Positions 8,932 to 18,911 are shown, counted from the first letter of the stretch. The stretch is 64,000 bases of DNA from Planctomycetia bacterium (GCA_012269595.1 JAAXJX010000011.1:68184-132183); one strand, 5' to 3'. The notes: generated from the sequence alone by a model not told the origin. Program-made: numbers and translations.

Positions 8932-11759
8932 TACTTCTTGCCCTCTTCTTCACCGGATTCTATCGGCTGAAGAGGGTAAATCACAATCGCTTCGGCTGAG
9001 GCATTTGCGGGTGGATTATTGGCCCGGTGGGCGGAAACGGCAACATCCCGGGCATTGTCGTCAACTTTGTATCGAGAGTGCTCACTTCTGTGGAAATTGG
9101 CCTTGGCTGCATGGTCGACCGAATCGGATGGGGAATCGGCGCCCTGATTTTGATCCAGCGCCAACAGGTCGTGGATTTGGGCCAGGTTCCAATGAGCGGA
9201 GGTATTTTCCGGGTCTTCTACCAATACCTTGTCGAACCAGTTGAGGGCGATCTGGAGATTTTCCGTTTTGCCTTCTTCTCTTTGACGGGCGATGGCAAAG
9301 CAGACTGTTCCCAGTTCATTGAGAAGACGCACGTCTCTGGAAAAATCAAAGCCTCTCTCGGCAGCACCGGGATAGCGGGTTTCGTAGAGGCGCAGAAGGG
9401 TTGTCAGGGCGGCGTCGTAATAACCGTTTTCCCGGTTCACAAGGCTGCCAAACCAATCGAGGCTCCATGGCGGGGGAGGAGGATCGTGTTGAGCTGCTTT
9501 GTCCAGAGACAAGGCCGCTTCATCCAGTCTTCCTGCCTTGATCAGTGCCCTTGCCTTGTTCATGGCACCGTCAGGTCGTCCGAGGCGAGTCACTTCTTCG
9601 AAGGCAGAGATGGCCGTGACCAGCTCTCCTCGAACAGCGCCTTTGGCTCCCTTGCGAAGCATGCCGATTCCATAATCATTCCAGCGCATCCAGGTGGGCT
9701 TGCTCTCTTCGATATCGATCTCGATTTCGGGGCCGCCGATGACAAAGGTCACTTCGTCCTCACCCAATGTCACCACAGGAAGATCATTTCGCTCACCATC
9801 CATGAACAGGCTCAGGAAGTGAGTGTCAAATTTTCTGTAGAGTGCTTTGGCTCGTACTGTCAACTTTGACCCCGGTGCATTCGGAACGTCGAGGCGATAG
9901 TGGAGAGAGTCCGCCGCGCCCGGAGGAATCTGGTGGTTGTAGAGCGCAATAAAGATGTCTTCGACATTGCGTTCGTGGATCCGATTCCCTTCCCGGTCAA
10001 GAACAAGGGCGTTCATCATGTGAGACCAGGGGTCCAGAACTCCCTTTTCATCGAGAAGTCCGCTGGAAGCGATCGGTTCACCGTCCAAAAAGACTTCCAT
10101 TGAGACCCAAGTCTGATTGGAGTCGGCTGTCCCCTCGGTGAAATGGTGACCCATTCCCATCGTTCGCAGGACTGTTTGGACGAGAATGGTCTCGCCAGGC
10201 TCGATTGCAGGAATTCTCGGATGAATCGGGGCCTCAAGGGGAGCATCCACATCGTCTCCACGGCGAATACCGAAGATATCGACGTCGATAGAACCTTCGA
10301 GGAACTTCCGATGCACTTCCAGCGAAGATTCGCTGGTTCCGACCATGGCTCGCATCGCCGTATTGGCTCCCGGGAACAGGTGGTCATGCACAGAAAGGAT
10401 TCCCGTACCGGTGATGTCTTTTGCACCAAAATCGGTACTGGGCATCGCCGGCATGTGACAGCCATTGCAATCGTTCTCAGCCTGGGCGGGGTAATAGAAG
10501 GAAGCCACACCGTGCCCACTGACTCCACTGAGAAGCCACGAATCGTAGTGATTCTGCCCTCGGAGCCATTTGTAATGATTGAGTTCTTCGGGGATATGAA
10601 CCTTGTGACATGAACCGCAGAACTCTGCCTGCTCATGCAAAGGCTTGAGGTAAGTTTTTTTGTGGAACGCAGGCTTGGCCTTGATCAATTGACGATTGAC
10701 CCATTTGAGAAGCGGGTCTTCGCTCATGGCAAACGGGTACAGCTCAGGCTGTCCGATCACATATTCGCCATTTCCTCTGGGACCCGGGACTGACTCAATG
10801 GCATGACAAACGGTGCATGTGATGGCGGCATGGGCTGTGGGGTGGTTGTCCATGTCGAAGTCCGGGTCATCAAATGCACCACTGAAGAATGGAACCGGGT
10901 CATGGCAGCCGGCGCAGAATCGGGAGGCATGGACGTCGCCATCCCTCTCCATGAGGAAGTCACGAGTGTTTTTGACACTCGCCAGATATGCAGGGTTGTT
11001 GAATGAACTGAATCGGTGTGCCGATTCGGACCAACGGGAATGAACGTCTGGGTGGCACTCTCGACAAGAGTCATCCCGCATCAAACGGTGGGCCTCGATG
11101 AACTTGCCATCACTGGTCCGTGCAAGTGATGGCTCAAAATACTGGTCTCCTGCCGCAGGCGTCATTCCGGGTGGGACCGAGTACTGATGCCAGACGAGCA
11201 TCAGGAGAACGAACAAGAGTCCGGCGAAACTCCAGCGATAACTGACTGCCCAGCGGATCGGTACTCCTGCAAGCCTGTGAAGAACAAAGAGCCAAATTGT
11301 AACCAGCGGTGTGGCAACATGAGTGGCATAGAAGATGGTTCTCCAGGCGGGGGACCGGATCTCGAGAATCCCCTCAATCCTGGTCAGTAACACCCCGGAA
11401 ATCAGGAGTAGCAAGCTGGCTATGAAAAGGCCCATACCCGCTTTGACAGCCCGTCTGTTGGGGTGAGACCAAGATCGTTTCAGGTGCCAGAAGCCAAAAA
11501 CCACAAAAGGCAAAATGATCAGTACACCCAGAACCAGATGGACGAGGAACATCCATTGGTAAAAGGAATCCTGAAACTGACTTTTGAGAACCTTTTCAGC
11601 GACCGTGACCGCCAACAGGTAGAAAGAGTTGATTCCCAACAGGGCAAACAGACCAAAGACCGCGGCCAGCCAGGGGCGCAATCCTGAGTGAACGGGGTCC
11701 GGTCGGGAACTCCGTGACTTTCGGCTATTTTGGTCGGGGTTTGTTTCTTGATTGCCCAT
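8931..11759 (-). CDS. Membrane-anchored multihaem c-type cytochrome with a C-terminal TPR domain
   Basis: Five predicted N-terminal TM helices followed by five CXXCH motifs (CRECH, CAGCH, CTVCH, CGSCH, CNGCH) and C-terminal TPR repeats. The ORF track extends it to 11873. I chose the internal ATG at 11759, which leaves a plausible divergent intergenic region; the start is uncertain. Confidence 0.75.
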   Translation of the reverse strand: MGNQETNPDQNSRKSRSSRPDPVHSGLRPWLAAVFGLFALLGINSFYLLAVTVAEKVLKSQFQDSFYQWMFLVHLVLGVLIILPFVVFGFWHLKRSWSHPNRRAVKAGMGLFIASLLLLISGVLLTRIEGILEIRSPAWRTIFYATHVATPLVTIWLFVLHRLAGVPIRWAVSYRWSFAGLLFVLLMLVWHQYSVPPGMTPAAGDQYFEPSLARTSDGKFIEAHRLMRDDSCRECHPDVHSRWSESAHRFSSFNNPAYLASVKNTRDFLMERDGDVHASRFCAGCHDPVPFFSGAFDDPDFDMDNHPTAHAAITCTVCHAIESVPGPRGNGEYVIGQPELYPFAMSEDPLLKWVNRQLIKAKPAFHKKTYLKPLHEQAEFCGSCHKVHIPEELNHYKWLRGQNHYDSWLLSGVSGHGVASFYYPAQAENDCNGCHMPAMPSTDFGAKDITGTGILSVHDHLFPGANTAMRAMVGTSESSLEVHRKFLEGSIDVDIFGIRRGDDVDAPLEAPIHPRIPAIEPGETILVQTVLRTMGMGHHFTEGTADSNQTWVSMEVFLDGEPIASSGLLDEKGVLDPWSHMMNALVLDREGNRIHERNVEDIFIALYNHQIPPGAADSLHYRLDVPNAPGSKLTVRAKALYRKFDTHFLSLFMDGERNDLPVVTLGEDEVTFVIGGPEIEIDIEESKPTWMRWNDYGIGMLRKGAKGAVRGELVTAISAFEEVTRLGRPDGAMNKARALIKAGRLDEAALSLDKAAQHDPPPPPWSLDWFGSLVNRENGYYDAALTTLLRLYETRYPGAAERGFDFSRDVRLLNELGTVCFAIARQREEGKTENLQIALNWFDKVLVEDPENTSAHWNLAQIHDLLALDQNQGADSPSDSVDHAAKANFHRSEHSRYKVDDNARDVAVSAHRANNPPANASAEAIVIYPLQPIESGEEEGKK

Positions 11760-11901
11760 GAAGAAAGTATAACTCCTGCGGTACCGAATGAGAATTCCGG
11801 CAAGTTCTATTTTTGGATTTGGGTGACGGTGAATCAGGTCCAGAATACCGGAATACCGGGGCCGGCGGGGCAAGGGCCGAGGATCATGTCAGGAGTTTCC
11901 C

Positions 11902-12732
11902 ATGACAGCAAAATTACACCTGATGACGAGAGTGGCCCCAGGAGAGAGCCCACAAAAATGGGTCCTTTTGCTGCACGGAATTCTGGGGGCCGGGGGGAAT
12001 TGGGCGGGATTTGCCCGAGATCTGGCCGAAGCCAGGCCTGATCTGGGGGTACTGGTCCCTGATCACAGACTGCATGGTCGATCCGAATCAGGAAGTCCGC
12101 CGGATCAACTGGATTCCTGTATCACCGATCTTGAAGAGATGATGGAGACCTTTGAGGGTGAGATTCATGCGGTGGTGGGGCACTCTTTCGGTTCCAAGAT
12201 TGGCATTCTGCTCGCTCTTCGACAGTCGTCTATTCGTCAGGCGTTTGTACTGGATGCGGACCCGGGACCCTTGTTGATGTCCGGGAAATCCAGAGCGGAT
12301 TTTCAGGTTTTGACGTTGATGGATGCACTTCGGGCAGCACCAGCGGCGTTTGCTTCTCGGGGAGAGTTCGTCGAATACATGGGTAGATTCGGTTTTCGAC
12401 CTGAGATTGCCGGTTGGGTCGGAAAAAACCTTCGCAGGGAGGGCGAAACACTGCACCTGCCACTCGACCTGGACCGTATTGAAAATCTCCTGGTGAGTCA
12501 TCATGAGTTTGACGCATGGCCGTGTCTTTCCCATGAAGGTGTCGAACGAATCGATTTCATCGTGGGGGAGCGATCGAAAGTAGTGGGAGAGTCGACCCGA
12601 TCCCGAATGAGATCTCTGTGCGACAGTGATCGGCTCCGGCATACACTGGAAGTGTTACCGAACGCCGGCCACTGGTTGCACGTGGATCAGCCAAAACTGC
12701 TTTTGCAGTCTCTTTTGAAACGACTGATCTAG
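11902..12732 (+). CDS. Alpha/beta-fold hydrolase
   Basis: HGxxG oxyanion region (LLLHGILGAGGNW) and nucleophile elbow GHSFG; 276 aa. Confidence 0.8.
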   Translation: MTAKLHLMTRVAPGESPQKWVLLLHGILGAGGNWAGFARDLAEARPDLGVLVPDHRLHGRSESGSPPDQLDSCITDLEEMMETFEGEIHAVVGHSFGSKIGILLALRQSSIRQAFVLDADPGPLLMSGKSRADFQVLTLMDALRAAPAAFASRGEFVEYMGRFGFRPEIAGWVGKNLRREGETLHLPLDLDRIENLLVSHHEFDAWPCLSHEGVERIDFIVGERSKVVGESTRSRMRSLCDSDRLRHTLEVLPNAGHWLHVDQPKLLLQSLLKRLI

Positions 12733-12745
12733 ATCTTCATTCTCC

Positions 12746-14089
12746 TCAGGGAGCGAAGTTCCCACTTCCGGAAGTTCTCGAGAGTTCTCCTCCCGGGCCA
12801 AACTTTTCCACCTGTTGTCGGAGCTGATCTCCGGAGGGCACTTTTTCTTCCGGGAAGGGGTGCTCTGGAGTGGACTCGACGTAAAGGCTGGTTGATGGGA
12901 AAGCGAACCCGACTTCCAATTCCTCTGCAAGACGAATCACTTCGAGAAGGAAGCGCTGTTTGACCTGAAGTTCTTCGGTGTAATCCGCAACGATCAAGCG
13001 AACGTTGACGAGGACGTCCAGGCTGGATGCTCCGAAATCCACGAGAGCCGCTCTGACCGTCTCTGTTTCAATCTTCTCCTGAGCCGCTGCGATCGCTTTG
13101 ACGCCTTCACAAAACGCTTCAATTTTGTCTGCGGGGGTTTCGTAGCGGAGACCAACCATGGTTTTGAATCTGCGGTAGTTTCGTTGGCCCATATTGTCGA
13201 TCACGCCGTTGACCAGCTCCGAGTTGGGCACACTGACCAGAGAACTCTCAAAAGTGCGGATCCGGGTGCAACGGAAACCGATCTCCTCGACGACCCCCTG
13301 GATCCCTCCGACCTTGACCCAATCGCCGAGTTGGAAGGGGCGATCGGTGAAAACCGTGATGGAACCAAAAAGATTGGCGAAGGTGTCCTTGGCAGCAAGA
13401 CTGACACCGATACCGAGCACACCGAGACCGGTGACAAGGGGCATCACGTCTTCTCCAGTACTCTGGATCAGGTATATCACTGCTCCAATGGTGACGAGAA
13501 ACTTCAGGCTTTTGCGAATCATGGGGGCCAGCTGGTCGTCCAGTTTGCTTTCAGAGAGACTGGCGGCCTCCTCCATGCGGGCACCGAGAAGATCAACCAG
13601 GCGATAGGCCAAAAGCAGACCGCCGATGGTTGCGAGTGCTCGCACGACCACGTCCATGATGGAAACACCAAATTGTGAAAATTGGAGTGCCGGAGCCAAC
13701 AGGTCGACGGTCAGTGCTGATGCAAACCATCCCAGTGATTTACCGACCGATGTAATCACGGCAGTCGTCTTTTCAGACTGGCCGACTCTTGCCAGGATGG
13801 AATTCAGAATGGAACCACCGATATGCGAGCTGATTTTTTGAATCAGCCAGGCGGCAATGGCGATCACTGCCAGAAGCAACCATTGCCACTGTTCCATAAA
13901 CAGGATGGTTGATCTCATCCCATCGGGGATTCGATCCTGAAGCCACTCAAACCCTGTTTCGGTCACCACCAAAGGGGCCGGGTCAGAGCCGGATTCCTGA
14001 GGCTGTGCCGAGATGGCCATTGGGCAAAGCAACAGAAGTGCCCCAAGGAAAAATGCCTGAAGACGCATCAGCAAACTCTCTTCCCTCAC
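12746..14089 (-). CDS. Mechanosensitive ion channel, MscS family
   Basis: A conserved MscS pore helix and beta domain (...GVLGIGVSLAAKDTFANLFGSITVFTDRPFQLGDWVKVGGIQGVVEEIGFRCTRIRT...), with N-terminal signal and TM segments. Confidence 0.85.
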   Translation of the reverse strand: MREESLLMRLQAFFLGALLLLCPMAISAQPQESGSDPAPLVVTETGFEWLQDRIPDGMRSTILFMEQWQWLLLAVIAIAAWLIQKISSHIGGSILNSILARVGQSEKTTAVITSVGKSLGWFASALTVDLLAPALQFSQFGVSIMDVVVRALATIGGLLLAYRLVDLLGARMEEAASLSESKLDDQLAPMIRKSLKFLVTIGAVIYLIQSTGEDVMPLVTGLGVLGIGVSLAAKDTFANLFGSITVFTDRPFQLGDWVKVGGIQGVVEEIGFRCTRIRTFESSLVSVPNSELVNGVIDNMGQRNYRRFKTMVGLRYETPADKIEAFCEGVKAIAAAQEKIETETVRAALVDFGASSLDVLVNVRLIVADYTEELQVKQRFLLEVIRLAEELEVGFAFPSTSLYVESTPEHPFPEEKVPSGDQLRQQVEKFGPGGELSRTSGSGNFAP

Positions 14090-14118
14090 GCAACTGCGGC
14101 AAAATGCCGGCCGTGCTC

Positions 14119-15270
14119 TCAGGGAAGGAATTTACCCGGATTTTTCAGCTTTTGGGGCAAATATTCTTCAATGACGTAGTTCAGGCCCCACATCGCCAAA
14201 GCCTGTTGTTCGGCACGGACTCCCATCGACAACAATTGCTCAATCGCCGATTTCCACTGCTTCTTGCTCTTGAAGAAGGGGTCATTCTTGAGGGCGTCCT
14301 TGGCACGCTTGATATCGACATCCTTCAAGGGGTGGGTCGGAAGTTCGTAGTCGATGATGTCCTGGGGAGTCACTCCCAGATAGGTGGCATTGGGAACACA
14401 GAAGAAGCGATTGATGTGCGCGGCGTTACCCGATCCGACCTTCAAGGTTCGATAAATGTTGGAGATCCCGTAGGGATCGCAATCGACGAAGGCGTAAACC
14501 GGAATCTTGGCCTGTTCGCTGAGTCGGCGAATGAATCGGCGGGTCGAGCGGGTGGGGACTCCCGCCATATTGACGAGAATGCAATTGGAGGTTTTCCAGA
14601 ACTTGTGACTTTGCAGTCTTTGGAAAACACCTCCGGTTTCGATGGCGAGGATGAACTTGGCGCCGGTTTCAAAACTCAAATGCTCGACGGAAGTGGGAAT
14701 GGAATAGGCGCCACTGCCGAAGCGTGTGCAGTCAATGCGTTCGATCTCTCCGGATTCCAGATCGGGATCGAGGACCACCAGATCCCCAGCCACAGCTCCG
14801 CCATGCTCATCGGGCACAAAGCGCAACTGCTCACGACTGACATCGTCGACTGAGAAGAGCGCCTCGATGTCATCCATGACCGTGTCCGATTCGGTTTGGT
14901 CGTCAAACTTGGCTTCTTCCCAGTTTTTGGATTGGTAATAAACGTCTCGCTTGGTAGCAAAATCGTTGTTGATCACCAGTTCCCGGGAAAGGCCCATCAT
15001 GCGCAGTGTTTGTGCGAATCCCTTGACGGTGTTGACGGTCAGGGTGCGTTCCTTGCGGGCGCGGCCAATTTCGAGGTAACCCTTGCGCTTGTCGTAGGAG
15101 ACGTTGCTGAGACTGCGAACCGGGAAACGCATCAAGGGCTTGCCCTTGCGCTGAATCTTTTTGTAAATGTCATCTGCAGCACTCTCGATGCTGGAGATGG
15201 TCTTCTTGTCTTTTTTGGCGTTTTCCCGGCGGACCTTGTCCATGTATGCCCGGGTGATTTTCTTCGTCAT
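14119..15270 (-). CDS. top6A: DNA topoisomerase VI subunit A (Spo11/Top6A)
   Basis: Catalytic-tyrosine motif KRDVYYQSK in the CAP domain and the Toprim acidic motif AFVDCDPYGISNIYRT. 383 aa, with an AAGGGAG RBS. It starts 10 nt after the top6B stop. Confidence 0.9.
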   Translation of the reverse strand: MTKKITRAYMDKVRRENAKKDKKTISSIESAADDIYKKIQRKGKPLMRFPVRSLSNVSYDKRKGYLEIGRARKERTLTVNTVKGFAQTLRMMGLSRELVINNDFATKRDVYYQSKNWEEAKFDDQTESDTVMDDIEALFSVDDVSREQLRFVPDEHGGAVAGDLVVLDPDLESGEIERIDCTRFGSGAYSIPTSVEHLSFETGAKFILAIETGGVFQRLQSHKFWKTSNCILVNMAGVPTRSTRRFIRRLSEQAKIPVYAFVDCDPYGISNIYRTLKVGSGNAAHINRFFCVPNATYLGVTPQDIIDYELPTHPLKDVDIKRAKDALKNDPFFKSKKQWKSAIEQLLSMGVRAEQQALAMWGLNYVIEEYLPQKLKNPGKFLP

Positions 15271-15280
15271 TCAGTCTCCC

Positions 15281-17119
15281 TTACATCTTCCGGCTTTTTT
15301 CGAGAACATCGGCCAGTTTGGATTCTGCTCCGGTTCTCTGTTTATCGCTCAGCTCCAGAATGTCCTGGAGGGCGATGCCGATCTGGGGAATATACTTTTT
15401 GATGTAATCCTTCTTGCGCTCTGCATCCGCGAGTCGACGTTTCTTGCGCAGGTGGATCGCCAATTTTCGGCCCGCCTCCATGATGGCGAGGCGCATCTCC
15501 TTGAGGATCTCGTCGTATCCGGCGACCGCTTTCTTGCTTTCCGAGGTGAATGGAACCCACACACTCGCAATGTGAACCAGGATCGCCAGTGGACCGGTTG
15601 GCAGTGCTCCCCGTGCCTGTTGGACCTCGTAGTTTTTCCACGGGGTCGAAATGATCGATTGCGTGATGGCGCATGCACCCTGTTCGTATTGCAAGGGAAC
15701 CCGATTGGCGAAGCGGAAAATGCTGGCGAGCTCGTCTCCGGGAAGTTCTCCGCCATAAGCGATCCCCGCCTCTACCTGAAAGGGATTTCCGCGATAGACG
15801 GCAGGTTGACGGGTGACTGTCAGGACCAATTCGGGGTCAAAGTTGCGCCGGAGGGTTTTCGCCATCAAATCTTCTCCGATGGGGGAGAGGCAGTTGGTTG
15901 GCGGCGCCATCATCTTGGTCTGTTCGATGGACTTGTGAAGAATCTTGACATCGGCACTGCTCAGCCTGCGGGGGTGACGATCGGTATCGATGTACTTGCC
16001 CAGTTCTTCGCTTTGCTCACTGACCTTTTTCACCACATTCGGGGTCATTCGACAAAACTCGCTGCACAGGAATCCGCTGACAGTTCTGGAAGAGGTGTCC
16101 TTCATCATTTGCATGAGGATTCCCAGTTCCACTCCGTGTGGATGAGGCAGGATTTCCATGGGGGCTTCCGGAAGTTTCTTTGTCACCCGTTCCCAAATGA
16201 TGGGCGCTTTGTCCACAGGGTTTTTGTACTGGATTTCGACTTGGGGGTTGGCGAGGGAGACCTGTTCCAGGAAAGCATCGATAGAGTGCTTGCCTTTCTT
16301 GTAGGTCCCCTCCAACTCGATATGGATTTCGGTTCCATGGGCCCAATCGACGTCGACTTCCTGCTCTTTTTTGACCACCGGTTGGTTTTTTGCCATGTCG
16401 ATGGCAAGGGTGACCCGGGTGGCGGGTTTTCTTTTGGAGGTTCTGCTGGTGACCACCATCGGTTTACCGGTGGTCAGGTTTCCGTACATGCCTGCAGCAC
16501 TGATCCCGATTCCCTGTTGCCCCCGGGTCTGCTTGCGGGCATGGAACTTGGATCCATAAAGCAGTCGACCAAAAATCTTGGGCAACTGCGCAGGAACGAT
16601 GCCTGGCCCATTATCCCTTACGAGAATGGTGTGTTGTTCCTCGGAGGCCGCCGTGACTTCAACGACAATTGTCGGCAGGTATTCCGCTTCCTCGCAGGCA
16701 TCCAGAGAGTTGTCGACCGCTTCCCTGACGGTAGTCAGGAGAGCTCGCGCCGGGCTGTCAAAACCCAGCAGGTGGCGATTCTTGGCGAAGAACTCACTGA
16801 CGGAGATGTCTTTCTGCTTGGCCGCCAACTGTTCAGCCTTATTGGCAGATGCGAAGTCATCTCCGGAGGTCGCACGAGATTTTTTGGTCTTCTTTTTGGA
16901 TCGGGGAGCGGAGCTCTTGGCGGCTTTGCCCCTGGGGCTTTGACTGAAAAGATCCGCCTGTTCCGGTTTCGATCGGGATCCGGTCTTGCCACCGGAAGAT
17001 CGTTTTTTGGCCGCTTTTTTCGTGGCCTTCTTTTTGGCGACTTTTTTGGCTGCCTTTTTTGTCGTTTTTTTGGTGCTCTTCTTCGCGCTCTTTTTCTTTG
17101 CGCTTTTGGTCGGGGACAA
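15281..17119 (-). CDS. top6B: DNA topoisomerase VI subunit B (GHKL ATPase) with an N-terminal Lys/Ala-rich histone H1-like extension
   Basis: Bergerat-fold N box [16 protein letters not shown]1 box DNGPGI, and downstream transducer-domain regions. The first ~100 aa are [31 protein letters not shown]-type repeats. TTG start preceded by GGAGG. Confidence 0.9.
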   Translation of the reverse strand: MSPTKSAKKKSAKKSTKKTTKKAAKKVAKKKATKKAAKKRSSGGKTGSRSKPEQADLFSQSPRGKAAKSSAPRSKKKTKKSRATSGDDFASANKAEQLAAKQKDISVSEFFAKNRHLLGFDSPARALLTTVREAVDNSLDACEEAEYLPTIVVEVTAASEEQHTILVRDNGPGIVPAQLPKIFGRLLYGSKFHARKQTRGQQGIGISAAGMYGNLTTGKPMVVTSRTSKRKPATRVTLAIDMAKNQPVVKKEQEVDVDWAHGTEIHIELEGTYKKGKHSIDAFLEQVSLANPQVEIQYKNPVDKAPIIWERVTKKLPEAPMEILPHPHGVELGILMQMMKDTSSRTVSGFLCSEFCRMTPNVVKKVSEQSEELGKYIDTDRHPRRLSSADVKILHKSIEQTKMMAPPTNCLSPIGEDLMAKTLRRNFDPELVLTVTRQPAVYRGNPFQVEAGIAYGGELPGDELASIFRFANRVPLQYEQGACAITQSIISTPWKNYEVQQARGALPTGPLAILVHIASVWVPFTSESKKAVAGYDEILKEMRLAIMEAGRKLAIHLRKKRRLADAERKKDYIKKYIPQIGIALQDILELSDKQRTGAESKLADVLEKSRKM

Positions 17120-17225
17120 CCCGCCTCCTCATCCACTCCGCGATGTTCGCGGGCTTTCAACTCTGGCGTGCACGAATCCTAGCCGCTCTTTCCGCAGCAT
17201 CCAGTAACGCTTTGCCGAGAAACGG

Positions 17226-17768
17226 TCAGTCTTCCTCTGCCCAAAAGTCGACTCCGGTTCCCGCCTCGATGGGAGTGGCGAGGGCCACTTTGAGATGGGG
17301 GGGGCGAATATCGAGATGTTCCAGCCTTGAGCGGGGAATCCACTCCAGGTCTTCGGTTGCCTGGACCCCATCGACTCCATGAACAAAGTTCTCACGGGAC
17401 CCCGGCGTAACCTTGCAGCGGTAGATCAGGGCGATCACATGCAGTTCGGGTGGCATCTCGGGAGAAAGGCGTTGGTGTCGGCCCGCGATAAACTCCCGCA
17501 GAAAGGCGGGTTGCAAAGCCTCGATCTCGAGACCGGTCTCTTCTCGTATCTCCCTGCAAAGTGCGGATTCAAGGGTTTCGCCGTGTTCGACATGGCCTCC
17601 CGGCAGGAAATACCAGCATCCATCCTCTGCGGACGAACTGGAGTCCTTTGCCCGCAAAAAGAGGATTTCATCGTCGCGCTCGACGGCAGCCCTGACCGTA
17701 AATCCCGGTTTGCGTTTTCTTGGCTTCTCTGTCACCCATTCCCCCGTCCGAAGGCGATCTAGGCCCAT
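17226..17768 (-). CDS. NUDIX hydrolase
   Basis: Nudix box GGHVEHGETLESALCREIREETGL. Confidence 0.85.
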   Translation of the reverse strand: MGLDRLRTGEWVTEKPRKRKPGFTVRAAVERDDEILFLRAKDSSSSAEDGCWYFLPGGHVEHGETLESALCREIREETGLEIEALQPAFLREFIAGRHQRLSPEMPPELHVIALIYRCKVTPGSRENFVHGVDGVQATEDLEWIPRSRLEHLDIRPPHLKVALATPIEAGTGVDFWAEED

Positions 17769-17858
17769 CTGGAGACCAAGTTATGATAACCTGAGCCCGC
17801 CTGCTACCGATCAGAAGGATCGATGGCACAAGTTTGACGTACGAGAGGACCCTGAAAC

Positions 17859-18911
17859 ATGACCGGTTCACGTCTGCGGATATTGATCGCACTGCTTGCC
17901 TTGCTCCCGGCAAGCTTCCTGATCTCCAGTGATCTGGGAGCCCAATCGCCGGAAGAATTGGAGCGCCGCTGGAAAAAGAAGCAGGAGTCCTCCTTTCTCA
18001 AGGCGGTCAAATGGGAGCGCTCCCTCGACTCTGCGGTGGAAAGAGCGCGCAGGGACAATCTGCCCATCGTGGCCTACTTCACCCGATCCTATGCCCCATG
18101 ACCGCCTTGCACCGCTTTGGAGAGGGGTCCTCTCCAGTCCGATTGGTGGAAGGAAATGGCCGGCAAGGATTTTGTGCCCTACGTCAACATCAGTGCTCGA
18201 CTTCAGGACAAGCCTGATCAGGATCTGCTGAGAGAGATCGGAGCACGATCCTTTCCGACCACGGTGGTGATGGACGCAGACGGTCAGGTGATCTTGCGTA
18301 ATGACACGGCGGGAGCTTTCCGACCGAATGCAGAAAACAGGGTTCGTGGTGCGGTGGAGGTCGCCTCCGAGTTGGTCAAAGCGAGGTCCTGGGTCAAAAA
18401 CAGTGAAGAAGGTTCCGCAGATCAGGCCGCAGCCAAGGCGAGCCTGTTGCTGCTGGAATCGATTATGGATCTGCGCAAATCCACGGAAAAGGAACTGAAG
18501 CAGGCGGCCAAAACCGAAGGAGTCGACAAAAAGTTGTTGGCCCGTTTTGAGCGCTGGAATGCCTATCAGCCTGTGAACCGCCTTTTGCAGGAGTATGTCC
18601 GCAAGGTCAGGGCTCTCGATTCCGAGGACAAGGTCGGGCGCGGGAAGTTGTATCTGGATACTTCCCGGGAGATGCTCGAACTGTATCGGGCGGGGACCCG
18701 TCTCAATGATGCCAGAATCAACATCTTTTCCGATTACTGGCGGCTGGTTTTTGATGGGGCGATCACCGCAAAGGACCTCGCTGCGGCTGAAACAGCATTG
18801 ACGACCTACCGCAGGGCCTACGGATCCCGAGCTGATCTCAAACCCCGGATCAATCTCATGAGTTCCAAACTCGCAGCCCTGAAAGAAGAACTGGAAGTGA
18901 GTCAGCCATGA
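17859..18911 (+). CDS. Secreted thioredoxin-fold protein; candidate selenoprotein with in-frame TGA (Sec) at 18099-18101 giving a UPPC redox motif
   Basis: ORF-track entries 17859..18101 and 18117..18911 share one reading frame, separated only by TGA plus 5 sense codons. The read-through product ...LPIVAYFTRSYAP-U-PPCTALE... aligns with the Trx motif ...vvdFyAdWCgpCk... (UXXC in place of CXXC). Downstream a cis-Pro FPTTVVMDADGQV matches the Trx fold. A stem-loop lies about 17 nt after the TGA. Confidence 0.5.

Noticed and set aside
9027-9869. 280-aa + strand ORF
   Set aside because: Antisense to the multihaem cytochrome-TPR gene, whose CXXCH and TPR content identifies the true coding strand.
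16820-17119. K/A-rich region considered as a separate histone-like (Hc1/H1) gene
   Set aside because: No stop separates it from the GHKL domain. A single frame runs from the TTG at 17119 through the N box, so it is a fused tail rather than an independent gene.
15167-17182. 671-aa ORF on the + strand
   Set aside because: Entirely antisense to top6B, which has unambiguous GHKL motifs. Low-complexity, Gly/Arg/Phe-rich translation with no recognisable domain. A GC-rich antisense artefact.
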